Made by a program: the position numbers and the translations under genes. Shown here one piece after another: positions 53,285 to 64,000 of a stretch of DNA of 64,000 nucleotides (the first letter of the stretch is position 1; each line of letters starts with the position of its first letter). The notes beneath the pieces were generated by a model. It was not told the origin of the DNA, did not search any database, and saw nothing but the letters and a program-made list of their open reading frames with translations. Location: NCBI GenBank assembly GCA_910592345.1, contig CAJVPI010000034.1, positions 1 through 64,000 on the forward strand, given 5' to 3'. This DNA is from Paraglomus brasilianum (Eukaryota).

Positions 53285-55180
53285 ATGTCAAGTCCCAAAA
53301 CTTCAGCGCAAGTAGCCCCAAGTGATATAAGCAACTTCACATTAAGAGAAAAAGACCCATACACAAAGAGCAAGGCCATGCCACTCTTTAACACAACAAA
53401 ATTGCAGGGACATCAATCTGCTCTATTGAATGGACCCAAGCGCTGGCATCCAGCACAGCAAAAAGCGAAAAAGGCTCTCAAAGCTCAACATTATATACAA
53501 GCCATAACACATTTAACGCACGTGTTAGAAATATATCCCAACAGTTATTCAGCGAAATGTGATAGAGCAGAAGCTTACATGAACATCAACGAATTAGATA
53601 AAGCAAAGGAAGATCTCACTGCTGCTATAACACATAACCCAAAGAAATCACAAGCGTGGAGCAAACGAGGAGAACTATTCTATCGACGGGCAAGATATGA
53701 TGAGGCATTAGTTGATTTAGCAAAAGCACTGAAATTAGAATCAAAGAATGTCTATGCTCTATGTACTAGAGCAAACGTGTATCATAAATTAGGTAATCAA
53801 AAGAAAGCACTAACAGATCTCAACTTAGTATTACAATGCGAACCGAACAATGTAGTAGCATTACGGTCAAGAGGAGAATCGCATTGTCACCTCAAAGAGT
53901 ACAATGAAGCTCTCCAAGATCTAACTAGGGCATTAGAAATAGAACCAGACGACGTACAAGCATTAACAAACAGAGGAGATGTCTATTGCAATATGGACAA
54001 ATATGCCGAAGCAGTGTCAGATTTTGATAGAGCACTCGATATTAAGCCGGATTACGCACTAGCGTTGATGAAGAGAGGAGATGCATATCGAAGGTTACAA
54101 CGATATGAAGATGCACTGCGCGACCTGAATAGATCACTATTCCTTGAACCGAATAACGCATTTACGCTAAAGAACAGAGGAGATGTTTTCAGAATGTATA
54201 ACAGATATGAGGAAGCATTGGCTGATCTCAATGCTGCAGCAGAGATCGATTCCAATGATCCATTTATCCTCAGTGCTCGCGGAGACATATATCGTACATT
54301 AGGGAGATATGAAGAAGCATTAACCGATTTAAACAAATCAATCGACGCAGAGAGTAACGACGCTGCAACCTTAATCAGTCGTGCGATTGTGTTTCAAAAG
54401 ACGAACAGATATGAAGAAGCATTGTCTGATTTAAATCGTGCCCTGGAAATGCAGCCAAATGATCCGCATACTCTGTCCATTCGAGCTGATGTATACTTTA
54501 ATTTGGGTCAATATTATGAAGGCTTGGTCGACGCTGATGAAGCATTGGAAAGTAAGCCAGATGACGTTTGGATATTGACAATTAGAGGAAGAATCTATCT
54601 TGCTCTCAATCGTAAAGAGGAAGCATTGCTGGATATCAACAAAGCTCTTCGACTTGAACCGGATAATTCATTGACATTGTGTTTCAGAGGAGAAATATAC
54701 CATTCATTATATCGGTTTGATGATGCAATAAACGATCTCAACAGATCGTTGAAACTTCAATCCGATCAATGGATATCGTTAATAGGACGCGGGGCTGTCT
54801 ATCGGTCAATGAAGTCATTCAGTCAAGCACTTGATGATCTGAATCTAGCGCTTTCGTATACTCCAACCACTAGAGCTGAAGAACGATATATAACAAAGGC
54901 GCTTCGAAATAGAGGGGCAGTATATAGGGAACTTGGTCTATTAAATGAGGCATTGAACGATTTGGATACAGCTATTGAACGTGAACCCGAGAATCTATTT
55001 GCGTTGTGTGAAAGGGGAGTTTTGTATAGATTGGCGGAAAAATATGATGATGCTTTGTGTGATTTAGATCATGTGCTACAACTTGATCCATATAATCCAT
55101 TTGCACTGAATGAGAGGGAAGAAGTTATCAAAACAAAATTAACCAAAACTCTCCGGAGACCTTCACTTTCACCGAGGTAA
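53285..55180 (+). CDS. Intronless tetratricopeptide-repeat protein (about 16 TPRs, 631 aa)
   Basis: 34-aa periodicity of RG..Y..L.RYEEAL.DLN.AL.L.P. Confidence 0.93.
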   Translation: MSSPKTSAQVAPSDISNFTLREKDPYTKSKAMPLFNTTKLQGHQSALLNGPKRWHPAQQKAKKALKAQHYIQAITHLTHVLEIYPNSYSAKCDRAEAYMNINELDKAKEDLTAAITHNPKKSQAWSKRGELFYRRARYDEALVDLAKALKLESKNVYALCTRANVYHKLGNQKKALTDLNLVLQCEPNNVVALRSRGESHCHLKEYNEALQDLTRALEIEPDDVQALTNRGDVYCNMDKYAEAVSDFDRALDIKPDYALALMKRGDAYRRLQRYEDALRDLNRSLFLEPNNAFTLKNRGDVFRMYNRYEEALADLNAAAEIDSNDPFILSARGDIYRTLGRYEEALTDLNKSIDAESNDAATLISRAIVFQKTNRYEEALSDLNRALEMQPNDPHTLSIRADVYFNLGQYYEGLVDADEALESKPDDVWILTIRGRIYLALNRKEEALLDINKALRLEPDNSLTLCFRGEIYHSLYRFDDAINDLNRSLKLQSDQWISLIGRGAVYRSMKSFSQALDDLNLALSYTPTTRAEERYITKALRNRGAVYRELGLLNEALNDLDTAIEREPENLFALCERGVLYRLAEKYDDALCDLDHVLQLDPYNPFALNEREEVIKTKLTKTLRRPSLSPR

Positions 55181-55948
55181 TTGATCACTACGCTCTTTTT
55201 GAATAATCTCGTATAACGATTATTTGACAAAATTGCAGAACCCAAAAAATTACTATTTGTAGTTAGTCAGGTTGATTAGTCATTTTAATTGTAGAATATG
55301 ACGTATTTATTATCAGTATGAAGTGGGCTTGAAGATGTATATACACGATGAGTAAATTGTATACAATACATGTTCATTGGTTCGTTCCGTTTACTAGTGG
55401 GGAGGATTTGAAACGTAGTGCCACAAATAGGACTGTCACCGCATTGGGCAATTTGGCTCCCTGTCATCTGCGGGTTGAATAACAAATATGCATAATTCGT
55501 TATTGTTATCACCAATTTTCTGCAAAACATGCGATTCATCATAATAATAATTGAATGTGTGGTGCAATGCATCTCACCCTTGTCTCTGATGTCACAATCG
55601 AAATTACGTTATCTTATTGGTCACAAGAAGCTATTTATAAGACAATGACAACATAAACATGTGACATTAACTATTAATTTTGTAACCGCAAATATTTTGA
55701 TGCTGCTAAAGCTTTAAATATTCGATAAAATTACTTGACCGCAGCACTTAATTATTTGATATTTACCAATCCTTCCTTCACTTAACTCACACCATTGCTT
55801 TCTGACCGTCGTAAACTTGTTTGTGCTGAATTAAATACAAATACAACGAATCCTCTCTAAATGCAATGCATCGGGACCATATGGCCAAACATGACATGCA
55901 TTTACAGAGGGTTTGAGATTCATATATCAAATATAATGTACAGCAAGT

Positions 55949-57088
55949 TTAATACAGCTTCAAGTGCCCCGTTACTTGATCGATCACTGCACTTGGCCCT
56001 ATGAACGACCGATACAGAATCAGCATATTCAGAATGACGAATTATAAAGTTTGTTATTACAATTTACTGGGAAAGCAATTGAAGGAAAAAGCCCTTTCTT
56101 AAATTAATTTACATATTCCCCCCGTTACGTTATTAAACCCGAATTAACCCATTATTTAATCTTTCCCAGTTACCAACTCACCTGGCCCTATTCCTAACAC
56201 TGTCATGGATCCAGAAGAAATCTGTGTGCGACCAGCATCTTGGATTATTTCTGCACATAGATTCAGGCGGCATGCTGTTTTTTCTAATTCGAGACTAAGC
56301 AGTGAGAAAAATTGGCAGACTATAAATATACAAGATATATCCTCATATAATAATGTCGGGAAAAAGGAAACAATGCTTACGTACAGTTCATCCCGACCAT
56401 TTGCTCTCAATGTAATCTTTGGTTGGCCCGAATACTCCCAAGCACGTAGAAGCTTGATGTTTTAAAAGCAATAAAAACGTTAAGGCATTGTTTTCTATAG
56501 CAAATATAAAGCACAACTTTGTTATAAATACCTTTGGATTTGTTGCAGATAGCCGCTTGTAGCATGCCAATGTCGCATGAGAGCACTAGATAGCGACACA
56601 TACGCGCACGACAGCAAACGAAGAAATAATAAATGATAACGTCAAAATTGGCATGCAAGTGGAATTTCCATATTGTACGCACCTGGGCAGCCGCTTTCCC
56701 TTTTGTCATCCCGAGATCGTTTCTCACAACCAGAACCTGGACGGGTAATGATTAATGTCGACACTTGCTAATCGCTTACCAAAATCATTGTTTTCTTCTC
56801 TACCCCTCTGATCTCAACCAACCAGTTTAAAGTCGTCATACTTCTCGGCATCCAACACCCCTCGTGAATTTGATACTGGTGTATCTTCAAAGGCTTTTTT
56901 ACTCGCATCTGATACATCATTTTTGCTAACCTAAAGTTGTAAAATCTTAACAAGTGCGATGTTAGAATTCAACGTGATCGTAAGACACTTACACGTCCGC
57001 TTTTCGAAGACTCGATGTAGCGTCCTAATTTATAGCCTACATAGAGCGCACATGTTGTCACGATCAAGAGTGTTGTGATTGGAATCAT
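55949..57088 (-). CDS. PTH2: Peptidyl-tRNA hydrolase 2 (mitochondrial, N-terminal TM anchor)
   Basis: Seven exons encode [79 protein letters not shown]. Confidence 0.93.
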
Positions 57089-57839
57089 TCGTATTAATAA
57101 GTTTGATTCTTTAAAGTTGTGTTACCGTGTGAGCTAAAATGTCAAAGGTCACATGGATGTTCATTCGTACCACATTCCACTGAAAAAAAGATCTTACATT
57201 AACGAAGTGCTAAAGAAAAAATATTCAAAAAAGATTGAACATTACCGTCATCCGCGCTAAAGAATTAGCTTAGCTTTATGGTAGAACTATTATAAAATAA
57301 ATATTCATATGCAGATTAATACTAATACGATGATGAATCAAATCAATGTACCAGTTCCATCAGTTTTTTTTTTCTTACTAAATAGATTGAACTAGTAAGG
57401 TCAATTTTTTCTAGGTTTATCACATATTTCCCTCTTTCAGGGAAATATTTGGTATGATCGATATATATTCTTTTCGTCACACATTGCTAAAAAAAGCGGG
57501 TGTTTTTTGTACAATTTTATTTACAAAATCAAACGGTTAAAAAGGATCAGCACTCTGATCTTATTATTATGTTTCTTTACCGACTTTTCGAGCCGTTCGT
57601 TGGTACAGCCCCATATTTGTAATAATTTAGCAATGATTTGCATCATTTCGTATATAGCATTTCCGCTTTTTTTTTCCCTATCAAGACAACGACATAGGGT
57701 AAAGCTGCTAGTTGACGTAATAGCACATTGTACACTCTTGATACATATGGCAGGAGTGGAAAATGATCATAATAATATCTCTCTTCATTACCGTAAGCTT
57801 CGATTAACATCGATCTGTAAATCGACTTTTGATATAAAA

Positions 57840-58698
57840 TGTTACAGTCAGATGGTCTGGGGTTTGGGATAGGGAGAGCGATTAATCTTTCGCGTAGGGG
57901 TGTTCTTCCGACCGGGGGATGTTACCAGATTAGCTTCATGCTACCGCGCTTCTCAAGCTTCAAATCGCTCATGATTCCAAACGAGGGTACCCACAATAAA
58001 ATAACAACAATTATTCTACTGCGGAATCGAAGGGGAATAAATTCTATTTAATATTAGTCGGATTCCGTCACTTGTCTCAAACTAAACAATTTTTGTTTCA
58101 ATAAATAATTATTGGCTCTCGTTCCTCAATTAAGAAAGAGTAACAGATCAACGGACAACTTATACAGCTTAAATGAGCCGTTTATGGACGTTTACAGCTT
58201 GAGTGAGCCGTTTATTGGTGTGTCCGGTCAAATAATTAACATTTTGACAATGAAAGAAAGTAAAGTTTCGATTTCAAAGGGAATCGTTTATTATTATTCC
58301 ATGGAGTGGGAATTATTGTTCTAATAACTTGAACAATATTTTATAACATGAACAGTATTTACAACATATAAAAATTAACAACATGAGAATTCGACAACGG
58401 AATAAGGGTCGCTTATATACCTTTAGCGACACTCAAAAATCGAAACGGAGTTAAAAAATAATTAAACAATCGTAATTTCTATGAACAACTAATCATATTC
58501 TAAGTTGGCTATTTGCGTTTGTGCTGACACGCAAAAATCGAAACATTTTCTGCGCCTGACACTCAAAATTCGACACGATGCATCTGACACTGAAATTGCC
58601 GACACCGTACCATTCTAAAATTAACGTGGGATTTTGCTTGACTGCGGAGGAAGATTTACCATATGACTCACTTATCATCAGATCGGCTTGCCGTAACA
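57840..58698 (-). mobile_element. Complete solo LTR, family A copy 4
   Basis: TGTTAC...GTAACA termini flanked on both sides by AAAA (possible 4 bp TSD). Minus-strand order TATA (aggtatataag), AATAAA, 3' structured region fits U3-R-U5. Confidence 0.82.
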
Positions 58699-59648
58699 AA
58701 AATTAGAATTTCTCTCAACTTCCCTTATGGAATGATCTACTAAATAAACGTGCCAGTCGTTGAGAGAAGACATCCATAAAGAAACAGAATTTTCTCGACT
58801 CGTAAATGAAAGGGAAGAGGACTTTATCATAATGCCATCCGTAGCAGTTAAAATCTCATGAAGTTCGCGGAGAAATATTTGGTAATTACAATACGCTATA
58901 CACCATGTGATACGTGAACAGGAAACTGTTAAACGGTGAGATAAAGCCTCCGAAATCTGTAGCTTCAATAAATAAGAGTATAATAAAGTTAGCGAAATTC
59001 ATGAAAGGATCGTTAGACTCTATCGTTAATAGTCATGGTTAAGTTGTCGGTCTGCAAGTATTGATTCATGTAAATTATCGTAACTTTACTGATGTTTGAA
59101 TGCCGAACCAATTACGTGTAGATGCAAATCCAACAGGAAGCAAAACCAAACTTTTGACGGTTTATACCGTCATAATATGTTATCGAGAATATGAATTTCT
59201 TAAATACAGTACCAAACGAGTTGTTTTGCAGTTTGATCACTAATTACTGTATTTGTCTATATAGGAAAAGTAGGATTTACCATTATTATCTCAATTTCCT
59301 TCAATTTTAACTAGTTGATCAAATTATTATTGTTGTTGTTGTCGTTAAAAAGGGTTATTATATATAGAATAGACAACCAGAGCACTGCACCATACGATCA
59401 AAACCCAATACGTAATCGAAACATGTCACTAGATTATACGATTAGAGAGCGTCCAGAATTTATTGAGCTATTTACAACAATTGAATAAATAATCAGGGAA
59501 AAAAGATTTTTCAAATAAGAAAAAGGAATGCTTTATGTAAAAATAATACAGTAAATGGCTTAATTAAATTTTGTCACGTGATTCTCGATAAGTCGCAGCC
59601 CAAATTTTTCGCCGGCTTATCGAGACTAACTGTGTGCACCAATACTTA

Positions 59649-60077
59649 CAGTCCCGGGAAAAACAATGGTGGAGCTTATTAAATGCAATTTCCACAAATA
59701 AGTTAAACTTTTGGCAGTAACTAATGTTGTTCACGATAACAAATTCTACTTGTAATAAAGAGTGATAAATTTCACTAAAGAATGATAAATTTCACAAAAA
59801 TTTTCAACATTTTTTTGGCATTTAACTTTTATGCAAGAAAAAAGTCTTGGTTTTGTCAAGGGCATGGTATAATAAAAATATTGATTCAATAGCTCTAAAT
59901 TGTTAAAAAAAAGTTGCAAATAAGGTAGCATTTGTTATTGTAAATAGTTTTATTTAGTACTGGAAGATTGTAAAAAAGATGTCTGACATATGGCTTTATC
60001 AAGCTATAACTTGTTCGCCTGCTAAATTTTTAAAATTTAAAATTAATATTATGCCATTATTTTTTTTTCCTGGACCG
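59649..60077. mobile_element. Non-autonomous Tc1-type TIR element
   Basis: TA-CAGTCCCGGGAAAAAACAATGG ... CCATTATTTTTTTTTCCTGGACCG-TA. Confidence 0.6.
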
Positions 60078-60149
60078 TAAAGTTTAATTATTGATCGTTA
60101 GACATATTAATCACGTAATATAGTTTTATGCAGAAGTTATATTATTATT

Positions 60150-60320
60150 ATGCTAGAAGATAATGAAAATCAGGAAGACGCGTTGCCTGTTATTTCTGTT
60201 AAAGAAGGATTGGAAGCCCTACATATCTATGCCATTTTGTTGCAACAACCTAGGGACTGTTTTGATGATGATAAAAAGTTGACCAATGTAAAGATATTCT
60301 TGTTGATATTTCGGATCGAA
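60150..60320 (+). mobile_element. pogo/Tigger transposase acidic C-terminal relic
   Basis: EDALPVISVKEGLEALHIYAILLQQP resembles the Tigger-type ..P.IS..EAL.AL......LLQQ tail. Confidence 0.5.
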
Positions 60321-62075
60321 TATCGATTATCCAACGTTCACGAAGGAGGTCTCCCTTGTGGGTTCTCATAGTTGCTATACTGCTCACCTTACCATTTGAC
60401 AACGAAAACTTCCTAGAGCTCCAGCTGGTCAGGAACCTAACTCACGTATCCAACAATAGTTGCAAAGATTCGTCGGGACGGTACAATGGAAATCCCCTGT
60501 GGCACGCGCCTCTTTATTATAGTACATTAGAATTTCTTATCGAACATTGTAGTATAAGTCATCTGCATAACGACAGGAAACTTCAATCTATAATATTCGC
60601 GTTTTTGGATAATAATAATCTCTCTTTGGGTCACAAATTTGTCATCAATAATAGTAGTAGGTTTACGAGTGGAGGTATCCTATTTTCATACTATAGGACC
60701 TCCGATTACTGGTCCATCTTGATGTTTATCTCTATTTCCCCCTTTGCGCGGCACTATTGCTTTCAAGTCTTTCTATTACAAGTAAAACGTTATAAGAAAG
60801 TCGTCGGGTCGGTCCGAATACTCTCTTATAATGAGCAATTTCTTATGACGAGAGTCATTAGTTAGAGGATGTTAAATAAAATCTTTCTTGTGGCCATATT
60901 TCTTATATCGAAGGTTTCTATAACGGGTTTTATTTGTATTATGAGACCAAAGTTGCAATGCCTCACATTGCACAACAGCAAATAAAACATAAAAAGTCTT
61001 CGAGAATCTTAGCTGATTAATCGTAATGAGTTAATCTATTATTCTATGAAACAGAGTTACGTGAGTAGTTTACAATGCATAACTCCAAAAATACTTGTTT
61101 TATAGGACTGGGAACGATAATCCCATCGCATGCCATTGAAAGATGATCCAGAAAGATGTCAGTCTTGTCACAGAAACAAAAGCTCGCAATTAAGTCTAAC
61201 CAAATATTACTATCGAAAGGTTGTTACATCTAAACTCCGGAAGTTGATATTTAATATAGTAATGCGGGTTAGGGAGCACCATTAATTTATCAATTCTATA
61301 GAGAATTCGACAGGGCAGCAGCAGTACTGAGAATGTGGTCATGACAAGAACCAGGGGCTAAGCATCAAGTTGTTCGGAAACTAAAAACTGCATAGTCAAT
61401 ACGTACATTAATTTGCAATCATTAGCCTAAATTATGCGATCAGGAAGCAGTCATGATTGACCGGATGTTAAACGTATGAGCTTATGAAGCATGGCCTTCG
61501 CCTATGAAAATGGTATATTAGCAACGAACTATGATGTCTGCTGCTTGCTTGAAACATATCATCTTTACATATATTCATACTCAACGAATTACATTACAGA
61601 ATCGTGCAAGTTCTTGCTGAAATGTACGACACTGTTGAAAGTTACGGTGAATTAATTGTCGACAGCGAAGACGATTAAAGCAAGCCTTCACCCGCTTGTA
61701 GTTGTATATGCTATTCGCGTCTAAGGGCGAACATTCTCTGGTCTAAAACGGTTTGGTGGTTTATGCATTATTTGATAGATTTTCTTAATGTGATGCACTA
61801 TACAATTACAATGAAGAAGAAAAAAAATATACAATGGCTTAGCAACGTAAGCACAAAGATTGTACTCTGAACAGCATCCATAAAAATCAACTATTTCTGG
61901 AAAGATTCTCAGTGACTATCGAACGTGGTTATTGCCGAGCGACTTTTACAATTTTCACCAACATAAAATACGCATCCTTGTCATTCCAGAAAGGCGACTT
62001 TAAATACAAGCACAATTATTGTGCACTCAGAGTGTTCATTATTCTCCTCATCATCAGACCTTTTCAAAAGGAAAT

Positions 62076-64000
62076 CTACAGCTTAACTAGAATGCAAGTA
62101 CAATCATCATACTCTTGCAAAGTGTTCTCGAAAAGTTCTCGATCCCCTTCTCTATTGCAGAGATGCTTTACAATGTCCATGGGTGACTCTCCAATATCTA
62201 TTTTTCGGCCGACCTGAGTAGCTATAGTCAGATTTTGTACTTCAGGCTTGCTTGCATACATGTGGTCAAATAGCCCGTCAGTGCTCATTAACAGGAATCC
62301 ACGCCCACTAGTATCCGAGAGTCGGTCGAGCCTGGTAAAGTATACATCTGGAACGCAAGATACCACTGGCTTATTGGGATCAAGCTTAAAAAGTAAATCG
62401 CCAATTGTAGCTGCCACATTAAGTGACCAGTTGATTCCTCTACCATTAGAATACGGAATACCAAGATCATTATTTGCGTCTTGAAGTCTGATACGTGCTC
62501 TCTTCAGACTTGGTCTTATTCGTCTCTCGTGTCTAACAGGGTCGAACTTGATGGGTTTGTCATTGTTGTCTACAAACATACCGCCATTGCAGAAGATATT
62601 TTGTGCCAGACGTTCAAGATATGGTTTGTGATCCTCACTCGCAAAGTCGACTATCCATTTGTTTCTAACTCCATGAGCCAGGACTGTGCGCGAATCCCCA
62701 ACATTGGCATTTATAAGCCAATCACCAAAAAAGATATTCAACACTAATGTTGCGCCATCGTCAACTGGTTCAACTTTACTTTCTTGATTCCGCCATTGAC
62801 GAAATTCTTCCCTCTTTCGATCAAGATACTCGTTATCCAGACACTTGATGACCTCCGTCATATCTTGTTTGAACTTCTCTTGCACAGATACCTTGCACAT
62901 CTGAAACGGCGTATAATCCTGTAGTAGTTTTTCGATCATTTCAGGTATTCTTTCTGTTAAAAACTTTGAGCATCCTGCACCACCATGTCCATCAGCAATG
63001 CAAAAAAGCCTTGTCATCGGCTGTCCGTTTTGCATATATAAATCCTTGATACAAAACGAATCCTCGCATTGCGGCTTCGCGACCCTCTTCTTCGGACGAT
63101 TTCTTAAACGTGGATATGAGTAACCGGTCTGCTGTCCTACGCAGAAATCAGACGGTTTTAATGATGTATCAATAGCAAAGTCTGTTGGCTGATACGTCGT
63201 CAATAGCATGTCAATCAATGACTCCATCCTGAATTGAAGAATACGAGTTTTAATGTGATCATACTTTTAAGGCATAATATATGCAAAAAATCCAACTCAC
63301 TCTTCAGACGTCTCGTCCAAACCGGCCATTGAGTCAGTGGTTAATCGACCGTTGGGAACATAGCAAGATTCAGATTCGGAGGACCAGTCACTATCAACGT
63401 CCGAAAGATCTGAACCAGAGTCGATTAAGTCTAACCAGTCAAATTCTGGGCCAACCTTCGTCTTTACGGTCGACTGCGCGCTATTCGACTTTGAATTAGA
63501 ATGCTCCGAACTCAGACGACGCCCTTTATACCCCTCCGCGCGCTTTCGCTTTTTTGAATGGCTCGAGGCCCGAACCGTTCGTTTTCGCTTCTTATTAGTA
63601 GTTCGTCGTTTTGATTGCACGCTATTTCCACTAGTAGGCGCCGCTATAAGCTGAGGGGTCGTGTCTATTGGCATCTTATCGGAGAATATCGACCCTTTCG
63701 GGAATAACTCTGGTGATAGGCGGTAATAGGTACCCCTGCCTCCATCACACTTCAGTTTGCTTATTGGCGGGGGAACTTGAAGTTGCGTCGCAGTGGATAG
63801 CACTATGGATATACTCCCTTGTATTGTGGAAGCCGGAGTCTTTCCTCTATTAAAGATAAAGGATCAGCTCTGAATGACCTAACAGTTTAGCAAATCAATT
63901 CAAGTATCAAGCGTCCGTGAAGGGTCGCTCTTAAAGTCACTGTTTAACTTGCCTCAATCGGATAACATTTAACGCGTGACATGCAGCTGAGAAAAGTAAT
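62076..64000 (-). CDS. PP2C-family phosphatase with N-terminal HARE-HTH-like domain and NLS (5' partial)
   Basis: Exons 63986-63953, 63846-63301, 63228-62076. PP2C motifs CEDSF, IADGHGG, GAT..ANVGDSR, DHKP, IGD, STDGLFD, DDCT are present. N-terminal ACHALNVIRLRGKTPASTIQGSIS..GTYYRL. Confidence 0.85.

Noticed and set aside
60356..60865. 169-aa ORF
   Set aside because: Non-ATG start, no motif, lies inside repeat-like DNA interrupting a pogo relic.

Overview
AT-rich eukaryotic (fungal) genomic DNA with short GT-AG introns. The gene content (Crinkler relic, primase/origin-binding-protein relic, many Tc1/pogo/mariner relics) suggests an early-diverging fungus such as Glomeromycotina/Mucoromycota; this is an inference. 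Recognisable spliced genes: a PHO84-like MFS transporter with a premature TGA and eroded substrate residues, neutral trehalase NTH1, RBX1, an RBMS/MSSP-type two-RRM protein, biotin-protein ligase BPL1, an intronless TPR protein, PTH2, and a 5'-partial PP2C phosphatase. Unusual items: (1) the PP2C carries an N-terminal HARE-HTH-like winged helix and a basic NLS; (2) an orphan ~980-aa protein has eleven 24-aa beta-type repeats, a Gly-rich spacer and a C-terminal CxxH/CxxC motif; (3) a 38.7-46.5 kb virus-like/mobile island contains a decayed AEP primase plus UL9-like helicase, an intact three-exon tail-anchored Mrr-type endonuclease, Cys-rich ORFs and a decayed NUDIX gene; (4) a four-copy LTR family has a 3' region with compensatory base-pair changes. 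All alignments and splicing models were made by eye. No tRNA, rRNA or CRISPR array was seen.
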